Origin: Candidatus Poribacteria bacterium
Lineage (GTDB): Bacteria; Poribacteria; WGA-4E; WGA-3G
Assembly: GCA_965220325.1 (NCBI GenBank)
Contig: OZ244821.1
Location: 1,331,820-1,395,819, forward strand
Length of the DNA stretch: 64,000 nucleotides
Reading direction: 5' to 3'
The notes beneath the pieces were generated by a model. It was not told the origin of the DNA. It ran no database searches and saw only the letters and a list, made by a program, of their open reading frames with translations. The translations under genes and the position numbers were made by a program. Below, piece after piece: positions 36,427 to 44,152 of the stretch. Every line of letters starts with the position of its first letter. The stretch's first letter is position 1.

Positions 36427-39400
36427 GTGGCCGTGCAAATTATAAAACTGACAATTTCCTTTTTGATATGTATGCTACTTGGATTGACCCCTCGCGCCAT
36501 GAGTCGAGATGCAGTACCGGGACAACGGTCAGGGACACTTGAAGATCCGTCAACAGTAAACCCAACGCCCCGAGACAAAACACTGAAGCGGATGAGCGTT
36601 TTATACGGAACCAATGAAAACGCGAATACAAGCATTCCGCCACCTCTGATGCAGCAGCTATACCCAAACGGTGACTTTCTCGCGACAGAACACTCCCAAT
36701 TTATCGTAACTTACGACGGTTTTACAGATGAAGCCATGGCAGCATTCCAATATGCAGTCGATATTTGGAACTCGTTCATCCGATCGCCTGTGCCAATCCG
36801 GATTGACGCATCTTTCACGGACTTGGGCGGTTTTGACGGTACCGCTATTATTTTAGGCGGCGCGCGCCCGGCAGACTGGCAATCACCCAGATCCTTGGGT
36901 TTGTGGTTCCCAGAAGCACTCGCGGATAAGAGAGCCGATAGAGACATCGCAGCGGGTGAACCCGATATCATCACAAGATTCAACAGTCACGAAGACGCAA
37001 ATTGGTACTTTGGCACGGATGGAAATACACCAGCAGGAAAACAGGACTTCGTTAGTACTGTACTTCATGAGATCGCTCACGGCCTTGGGTTTACCAGTTT
37101 TGCTACCGTCCGGACATTTTCCGCGTCTGTTGGTCAAGGGAAACTTAGGGATGGCGATCCCAGGTTACCCCAGATTTACGATTTTTTTGTAGAAAACGGC
37201 TCTGGAAAAACTATTATGTCTCTAACGGACCCGTCTGTTGACCTTGAAAACCAACTCACGAGCAATGACCTCTTCTGGAATGGAAAAAGAGGCGTTGCAG
37301 CAAACAGTGGTATTCTCCCACATCTCTACACCCCCAGTTCATGGGCAGAAGGTTCAAGCTACGTCCACTTGAATGAAATGACTTTTCCGGTCGGCGATGC
37401 GAACTCCCTAATGACCCCATACCTTGACAACCAGGAAGCGATTCACGACCCTGGCCCCATCGCACTCGGCATGCTTGAAGATATGGGATGGATAATCAAT
37501 AAAGCCCCCGTGTTCACCGACGGTTCGAGTACCGACCGTACAGTGGTGAACGGAAGTGTTGGAAGACCAGTGGCGGCGACAGATGCTAACAACGATCCGC
37601 TCACCTATTATCTAAACCGAAATCCAGAGGCAGCAGCTTTTGATATTGATAACATCACCGGACAACTGAAAACCAAGGTAGCGCATACCTACAACAAGGC
37701 ATCTTATACCGTAACTGTCGCTGTTTCCGATGGCACCTTGATGGATGAAATCACTGTCACCATCCATATCACCAGCACAGCAACTGAAACGCCTCCGAAT
37801 AGCAGACCGAACTTCGTGGATGGCAATCACACCCGTCGCACCATAGCAGAGAATACAGCGAAAGGCGTAGATATCGGCAAACCCGTCGCAGCGACGGATG
37901 CAGACAACGATGCTCTCACCTACACCCTCAGCGGTCCCGACGCGGCAGCTTTTGACATTGATAGCACCACCGGACAACTGAAAACCAGTGCCGAGCTGGA
38001 TTATGAAACCAAGAACACCTACACCGTAACGGTTACCGTCTCCGATAGCGATCTCGCGATTACCATCACCGTCATTATCATTATCATCAATCTGGACGAT
38101 CAGAAAAGTCCAACGCTAATGTTAACTTCACAACCGCTAACGGAAGCAACGCTAAACGGAAGCGTTGTGACACTGACTTTGAACAACCGAATCTATGAAA
38201 ACTGGCTCAGTGATCCCGTAACAGTGTCTGGTATTCCCGGTGTAACCGTTAGACCGTTTGATGTCCTTCGTCTGAGCGATACAGGGTTGTCAGTCCAACT
38301 GACATTTTACGGAACATCCCTCAATACGGATACCACCCTTACCCTCACAGTAAAAGCGGATGCCATTGAGAACTATGAGGGTCCTGCACTGATCGCAACA
38401 GCACGCGTCACGGCGAATGCGGAATCGGTGGCCGCATCAACGATAACACCCTTAACAGAAGCCACACTTAATGGAAGTGTTGTCACATTAACGTTAAACG
38501 GTGGTATTTATGAATCTCAGTATACTGTCGGCAACAGTGTGACGGTATCCGGTATTTCCGGTGTCACTGTTAACGTCTATAATGTGGAACGCCTCAGTGG
38601 GACGCAGGTGAATGTTGAACTCATATTTGACGGGACCGACTTTGATACGGATGCCACGCTGACCTTCACAGTCGGAACGAATGCCATAGTAGAATACAAG
38701 GGTACGGCACTCACCGCACAATTACGCGTTAGTGCCGTAATAGAGGAGATCCCAATAGTAACGGCTTATGCGACACACCCCTTGACAGAGGCAACCCTTG
38801 ATGAGCGTATCGTCACACTCACCCTATCAAGCGGCGTGTATACACACTCCAGTGCTGACATTAGCAGCGCAGTGCAAGTATCGGGTGTTGCAGGTGTTAC
38901 GTTTCGCCGGTCCGATGTCGTACGCGTCAGTGATACAAAAGTAACCGTTCAACTGACATTCAAAGGTCCGGACTTTGATACGGATGCCATGCTGACCTTC
39001 ACAGTCGGATCGGATGCTATCGTGAACTACCATGGTTCCGCACGCATCACGAGGCTACCTATCATCGCTGTGGTCGAAGAAAGACCTACAATAACGGCTT
39101 ATGCGACACACCCCTTGACGGAGGCAACCCTCAATGGCAGCGTTATCCGGTTAACACTTAATAATGGAACTTACGTACGATCTAACTTCGATATTGAAGA
39201 TGCTGTGACAGTATCCGGTATTGCAGGCGTTACCGTTGGATTCTTCGGGGTGGAACGCGTGAGCAACACAATAATTACCTTTGAACTGGAATTCAATGGT
39301 AACCTTGACACTAATACCACACTCACTTTCATAGTGGGCGCGGATGCTATTGCCGAATACGAGGGTCCCGCACGCATCGCGCAGCTACCTGTTACCGGTG

Positions 39401-40332
39401 GACAGGAATCGATCGTCGCATCAACTGAGGCTCCCTTGACAGAAACAACACTAAATGGTAGTATCGTTACATTCACGCTCAACGGTGCCATTTACGAGCA
39501 ATCTACCTTTGATCTCAGGGACGCTGTTGAGGTATCTGGCATTGAGGGGGTCACTTTTCATTGGTTTGATTTGGACCGCGTCAGTGATACGGAACTAACG
39601 GTTGCATTGACATTCAGAGGCAACATTGACACGGATACCATCCTCACTTTTACAGTGGGCGCGGATGCTATTGCCGAATACGAAGGGCCCGCACGCATCG
39701 CACAAATAATTGTCGCTGGTAGCAAAGAGTCGGTTGCTATTTCAACAGAAGCACCGTTGGTGGAAGCGACGCTGGACGGTAGCCTCGTCACATTGACACT
39801 CAGCGGACGCATTTATGAACGATCCTATTTCAGACTCAGAGAAGCTGTCTTAGTCTCCGGTATTGACGGCGTGACCGTAGACGATATAGATCGTATCAGC
39901 GACGCAAAGATTACCCTTGAACTGGCATTCAATGGGGATTTTGATACCGACACCACACTCACCTTTACTGTCGGTGCAGATGCATTATTGAGATATAGCG
40001 GACCCGCCCTCACAGCGCAACTCCCTGTCATCGCAGATAGAGAGAACGCACTTTTGACAAACTTCCCGAATCCGTTCAACCCGGAAACGTGGATACCCTA
40101 TCAACTCGCAAAACCCGCAGATGTTAGCATCTCCATCCATGCTATAGACGGCAAGTTGGTACGCGCTTTGGATTTAGGACATCAACCCGCAGGGAGGTAT
40201 CACAACCGTAGCCGTGCAGCGTATTGGGACAGTAAAAACGCATTCGGCGAACCTGTCGCAAGCGGCGTATATTTCTATACCATCACAGCAGGCGACTTCA
40301 CCGCTACACGCAAAATGTTAATACGCAAATAG
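36427..40332 (+). CDS. Surface protein (1301 aa): metzincin-like Zn-protease head, 2 cadherin repeats, 6 novel ~100-aa modules, T9SS-type C-terminal domain
   Basis: GTG start. Signal-like N-terminus. Zinc motif VLHEIAHGLGF (37066..37080 encodes HEIAH) with a downstream SLMTPY Met-turn-like motif. Cadherin units (APVFTDG..., PNFVDG...). Six PLTEATLNGS... modules. Tail: NFPNPFNPETWIPY...YFYTITAGDFTATRKMLIRK. Confidence 0.8.
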   Translation: MAVQIIKLTISFLICMLLGLTPRAMSRDAVPGQRSGTLEDPSTVNPTPRDKTLKRMSVLYGTNENANTSIPPPLMQQLYPNGDFLATEHSQFIVTYDGFTDEAMAAFQYAVDIWNSFIRSPVPIRIDASFTDLGGFDGTAIILGGARPADWQSPRSLGLWFPEALADKRADRDIAAGEPDIITRFNSHEDANWYFGTDGNTPAGKQDFVSTVLHEIAHGLGFTSFATVRTFSASVGQGKLRDGDPRLPQIYDFFVENGSGKTIMSLTDPSVDLENQLTSNDLFWNGKRGVAANSGILPHLYTPSSWAEGSSYVHLNEMTFPVGDANSLMTPYLDNQEAIHDPGPIALGMLEDMGWIINKAPVFTDGSSTDRTVVNGSVGRPVAATDANNDPLTYYLNRNPEAAAFDIDNITGQLKTKVAHTYNKASYTVTVAVSDGTLMDEITVTIHITSTATETPPNSRPNFVDGNHTRRTIAENTAKGVDIGKPVAATDADNDALTYTLSGPDAAAFDIDSTTGQLKTSAELDYETKNTYTVTVTVSDSDLAITITVIIIIINLDDQKSPTLMLTSQPLTEATLNGSVVTLTLNNRIYENWLSDPVTVSGIPGVTVRPFDVLRLSDTGLSVQLTFYGTSLNTDTTLTLTVKADAIENYEGPALIATARVTANAESVAASTITPLTEATLNGSVVTLTLNGGIYESQYTVGNSVTVSGISGVTVNVYNVERLSGTQVNVELIFDGTDFDTDATLTFTVGTNAIVEYKGTALTAQLRVSAVIEEIPIVTAYATHPLTEATLDERIVTLTLSSGVYTHSSADISSAVQVSGVAGVTFRRSDVVRVSDTKVTVQLTFKGPDFDTDAMLTFTVGSDAIVNYHGSARITRLPIIAVVEERPTITAYATHPLTEATLNGSVIRLTLNNGTYVRSNFDIEDAVTVSGIAGVTVGFFGVERVSNTIITFELEFNGNLDTNTTLTFIVGADAIAEYEGPARIAQLPVTGGQESIVASTEAPLTETTLNGSIVTFTLNGAIYEQSTFDLRDAVEVSGIEGVTFHWFDLDRVSDTELTVALTFRGNIDTDTILTFTVGADAIAEYEGPARIAQIIVAGSKESVAISTEAPLVEATLDGSLVTLTLSGRIYERSYFRLREAVLVSGIDGVTVDDIDRISDAKITLELAFNGDFDTDTTLTFTVGADALLRYSGPALTAQLPVIADRENALLTNFPNPFNPETWIPYQLAKPADVSISIHAIDGKLVRALDLGHQPAGRYHNRSRAAYWDSKNAFGEPVASGVYFYTITAGDFTATRKMLIRK
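38127..40035 (+). repeat. Array of 6 copies of the unrecognised ~100-aa module (coding)
   Basis: Each unit reads ...PLTEATL(N/D)GS(V/I)VTLTL(N/S)G..Y.......(A)V.VSGI.GVT......R(V/L)S.T...V.L.F.G...TD..LTFTVG.DAI..Y.G.A....L.V.A. Confidence 0.85.
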
Positions 40333-40388
40333 TAGTCAGTAGAAAAACCGTACTGAAAACTGACATCCATTATAATAAGGAATTCATT

Positions 40389-42722
40389 ATGAAAACCCTA
40401 ATCATGAAGCAGAAATACCTTGTGTCCATATTAGTTACCATCTTCACAATCTTGGGAATACAAAGCAGTTACGCACAGACGATAACCGCTTCAACGCCAC
40501 ACCCCTTGACAGAGGCAAACCTACACGAAAGTGTAGTCACCCTCACGCTCAGCGGGCGTAGTTTTACTGGGTGGTCATCAGACATCGGAGAGGCAATGAC
40601 GATATCCGGCATTGACGGTGTCACTTTTGATAATTATTGGGATGTGGATCGTATAAGCGACACAAAAGTGACCGTAGAACTCACATTCTCTGGCAATATT
40701 GATGCAGACACACCGCTTGTCTTTACCGTAGGAGCAGGGGGAATAGCTAACTATGATGGTGAGGCACTCACCGCACAACTCCCTGTGACTGCTGTTGAAG
40801 AGTCGTTAGTCCCAACAACAGAAGCACCTTTGACAGAGACAACGCTTAGCGGCAGCCTTGTGACACTCACACTCAGTGGCCGTAGTTTCGCGAGTTGGGA
40901 ATCTTCCATTCAATCGGCTCTGACAATATCCGGTGCTGAGGGTGTCACTTTTGATTCGTGGGACGTGAATCGTATAAGCGACACAAAAGTGACCGTAGAA
41001 CTCACATTCTCTGGCAATATTGATGCAGACACGCCGCTTATCTTTACGGTAGGAGCAGGGGGAATAGCTGACTATGATGGTGATGCACTCACCGCACAAA
41101 TACCTGTCACAGCTGTAGCGGAGACACTTGTCGCAACAACAGAAACGCCTCTGACAGAGACAACGCTTAGCGGAAGTGTCGTAACCCTTACACTCAGCGG
41201 GCGGCATTTTACAGATGAATGGGACATTGAGCGTGCGTTGACTATATCCGGTATTGAAGGCGTGACCATACACGATGTTGATCGCAACAGTAATATGGAG
41301 GCAACTGTTGATATAAGGTTCTCCGGCAACATAGACATAGATGCGACACTCATTATCACCGTGGGGGCGGGCGCAATAGTGAACTACAATGAGGCGTTCA
41401 CTGTTCAAGTTCCTGTCACAGCTGTAGAGGAGACGTTAATCGCAACTACGACGGCACCTCTAACAGAGGCAACGCTGAGTAGTAGTGTTGTGACACTCAC
41501 ACTCAACGGGCGTGTTTTCAACACCTCTGGCACTGTGTCTGTATCTGGCATTGATGGTGTAACCATAAGTAGGATCAGCCGCGTCAGTAACACACAGATG
41601 ACGGTGTCACTTACTTTCTCCGGGAATATTGACGCGGATAGCACGCTTACAATCACCGTAAGTGCAGCCCGTATAGCCGGCTACAATGATGCATTCACTG
41701 TCCAACTCCCTGTCACAGCTGTTGAAGAGTCGTTAGTCGCAACAATAGAGGCACCCTTGACAGAGACAACACTTAGCGGCAGCGTTGTGAAACTCACGCT
41801 CAGTGGACGGTCTTTTGTTGCTCACTCTTCCAACATTGCACGTGCTTCGTCAATATCTGGCATTGAAGGCGTAACAGGTAGCTTCAGACGCGTAAGTAAT
41901 ACAGAGGCTAAAATTACATTGGGTTTCTCCGAGAACATAGACGCAGATAGTACACTCACAATCACCGTAGGTGCGGATGCGATAGTAGGCTACAACGAGG
42001 CGTTCACTGTCCAGTTACCTGTTACGGCAGTAGTGGAGACGCTTGTCGCAACAACAGAAGCACCTTTGACAGAGACAACACTTAGCGGAAGTGTAGTAAC
42101 GCTTACGCTCAGCGGGCGGTCTTTCAATGATAGATACGATGTCTATAATGCTCTGACGGTCTCCGGCATTGAAGGCGCATCATTTTACAAGTTTGGTGTA
42201 GATCGCATAAGTAATACGAAGGTAACCGTGCCACTGACATTCTTTGGTAACATAGACGCAGATAGTACACTCACTCTCACCGTGGGAGCAAATGCTATCG
42301 TAGGCTACAACGAGGCGTTCACTCTTCAACTCCCTGTCACAGCAGTAGCGGAGTCATTAGTCGCAACTACGGAAGCACCTTTGACAGAGACAACACTTAG
42401 CGGCAGCGTTGTAACACTCACACTCAACGGGCGGTCTTTCGATTCGTCACGTCATGACATTGAGCGTGCGCTAACTATTTCCGGTATTGAAGGTGTCACG
42501 GTTTATAGGGCAAACCGCGTGAGCGATACCAAAGTGACAGTTGTGTTGATTTCTACCGAAGATTTTGATACAGATAGTGTGCTGACTCTCACCGTCGGTG
42601 CGGATGCTATTGTAGGCTACAATCAAGAATTTTCCTTTGAATTCCCTGTGACTGGTGTAGAAGAGTCGCTTATTGCAACAACAGAAACCCCTTTGACAGA
42701 AGCGAACCTTACGGGTGTGTAA
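40389..42722 (+). CDS. 5' part of an IS-disrupted surface-protein gene (signal peptide plus 7.2 copies of the ~100-aa module)
   Basis: The reading frame runs into the left IS end and stops at a TAA inside the inverted repeat (42720..42722). As it stands, the product lacks the cohesin/dockerin region and the T9SS-type tail. Confidence 0.8.
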   Translation: MKTLIMKQKYLVSILVTIFTILGIQSSYAQTITASTPHPLTEANLHESVVTLTLSGRSFTGWSSDIGEAMTISGIDGVTFDNYWDVDRISDTKVTVELTFSGNIDADTPLVFTVGAGGIANYDGEALTAQLPVTAVEESLVPTTEAPLTETTLSGSLVTLTLSGRSFASWESSIQSALTISGAEGVTFDSWDVNRISDTKVTVELTFSGNIDADTPLIFTVGAGGIADYDGDALTAQIPVTAVAETLVATTETPLTETTLSGSVVTLTLSGRHFTDEWDIERALTISGIEGVTIHDVDRNSNMEATVDIRFSGNIDIDATLIITVGAGAIVNYNEAFTVQVPVTAVEETLIATTTAPLTEATLSSSVVTLTLNGRVFNTSGTVSVSGIDGVTISRISRVSNTQMTVSLTFSGNIDADSTLTITVSAARIAGYNDAFTVQLPVTAVEESLVATIEAPLTETTLSGSVVKLTLSGRSFVAHSSNIARASSISGIEGVTGSFRRVSNTEAKITLGFSENIDADSTLTITVGADAIVGYNEAFTVQLPVTAVVETLVATTEAPLTETTLSGSVVTLTLSGRSFNDRYDVYNALTVSGIEGASFYKFGVDRISNTKVTVPLTFFGNIDADSTLTLTVGANAIVGYNEAFTLQLPVTAVAESLVATTEAPLTETTLSGSVVTLTLNGRSFDSSRHDIERALTISGIEGVTVYRANRVSDTKVTVVLISTEDFDTDSVLTLTVGADAIVGYNQEFSFEFPVTGVEESLIATTETPLTEANLTGV

Positions 42723-44152
42723 AGTTTTTGGCAGCGTATTTTTGAAGATATGAGTTGAAGTTTGTCAATAAAAATGGTATCCTCTCGCAAAGATGATAAA
42801 GTTGAGTATCGTAAGGAGAAGATACCATGTCTAACATTGTAGCAGAAATTCAGCAAGAAATGGAAGATATTTTTCAAGAGTTAAGTGATACCGAGGACGT
42901 TTCGGTTTCGACCGTAGAGGCGCGTGTGTCTAAGGCTGCCGATTCTTGGGCACAAAGGTTATCCGAGTCGGTTCTATCAGAGACAGCGAGTTGTAAGGAG
43001 ACATCGCCTGTGAGTGTTGCGTGTCCATCTTGTCAAGGGCATAGTCATAGGTATCGGTGCCGGGCGCGCAACTTCACGACGGTTTGTGGTGTTCTGCGTA
43101 TCTCAAGATGGGCGTATAAATGTCAATGTGGTTATATTCATGTGCCTTGGGAGGCTAAGCAAGGGTTGAAAGGACGGTATACACAGGCGGTTGCCAAAGC
43201 GATGATGCGTGTCGCTGCACAGTTGAACTATCGTGCGGCGGCGGCGGAGTTGAAGCATCAAGGCATTGAAGTGAGTCATACGACGCTGCATCAGAAGGTT
43301 CAGGAGTGGTCAGCAGGCGAAGTTATCTCTGATTATGTGGCATCGGAATGCTTGGAGTCTGATGCGCGTTGGTATGTCAGTTTTGATGGGTGCCACACGA
43401 ACTCACCTGTCGGTTGGCAGGAGGTGAAAGTCGGGTGCATCGGTAAAGATTATCCGCACCAGAACGCGACCTCGGTGATGAAAATCCGTCCACCGAGTCT
43501 CCGTTATATCGCTTCTCGGAGTTGTGCGTCGGATTTCGGAGAGCAGTTGTCTGCGTTAGCGACACAGACCGGTATTTATCAAGACGAAAAAACGATAGAC
43601 ACCGAAGAAGTCGTTGTTATCGGTGATGGGGCAGTGTGGATATGGAACTTGGCAGATGAACACTTCCCGGGTGCCACCGAAATCGTTGACTTTATGCATG
43701 CCAAGAAACATTTACATGATGTTGCCAAACTTGCTTTCGGCGAAGATGACTCAGACCGTGTAGAGACTTGGGTGCGGACAACCGAGACCCCCCTTTACAA
43801 TGGAGAGACATCGCAAGTCGTCGCACGCATACGAGAGTTGGCAACAGAAAACCCAGCGATAGGAGATGTCCTCGAAAAAGAAGTCCGCTATTTTCAAAAA
43901 AATGCTCATCGCATGCAATATCGGACGTTCAACGAAAAAGGCTATCAGATCGGCAGTGGTGTCATTGAGAGTGCTTGTAAACACGTCGTCGCTGAACGCT
44001 GTAAACAAGCAGGCATGCGATGGAGCACACCCGGGATAAATGCCATACTCTTTTGGCGATGTTTGCTAAAGAATGACGCAGCAGATACTTATTGGGATAC
44101 ACAAACTATGCCAAACGCAGCATAAATACGCTGCCAAAAACTTTACACACCC
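42713..44152 (+). mobile_element. Insertion sequence, 1440 bp, single DDE-type transposase (ISKra4/ISLre2-like)
   Basis: Perfect 29-bp terminal inverted repeats: GGGTGTGTAAAGTTTTTGGCAGCGTATTT at 42713..42741, and its reverse complement at 44124..44152. Flanked by a 9-bp direct repeat GAACCTTAC (42704..42712 and 44153..44161). Confidence 0.9.
42827..44125 (+). CDS. IS transposase (432 aa; ISKra4/ISLre2-like, family assignment tentative)
   Basis: N-terminal Cys-rich segment (CPSCQGHSHRYRC...CQCG). Motifs VIGDGAVWIWN, DFMHAKKHL and YQIGSGVIESACKHVV..RCKQAGMRWS. SD AAGGAG. The stop lies inside the right inverted repeat. Confidence 0.8.
   Translation: MSNIVAEIQQEMEDIFQELSDTEDVSVSTVEARVSKAADSWAQRLSESVLSETASCKETSPVSVACPSCQGHSHRYRCRARNFTTVCGVLRISRWAYKCQCGYIHVPWEAKQGLKGRYTQAVAKAMMRVAAQLNYRAAAAELKHQGIEVSHTTLHQKVQEWSAGEVISDYVASECLESDARWYVSFDGCHTNSPVGWQEVKVGCIGKDYPHQNATSVMKIRPPSLRYIASRSCASDFGEQLSALATQTGIYQDEKTIDTEEVVVIGDGAVWIWNLADEHFPGATEIVDFMHAKKHLHDVAKLAFGEDDSDRVETWVRTTETPLYNGETSQVVARIRELATENPAIGDVLEKEVRYFQKNAHRMQYRTFNEKGYQIGSGVIESACKHVVAERCKQAGMRWSTPGINAILFWRCLLKNDAADTYWDTQTMPNAA

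Noticed and set aside
40806-41408. 200-aa antisense ORF, plus many 60-145-aa antisense ORFs inside the cadherin and module arrays (for example 34288..34725 and 41072..41359)
   Set aside because: They lie wholly within and opposite long, motif-rich sense genes. Their apparent repetition only mirrors the sense-strand repeats. They have no RBS or recognisable motifs.
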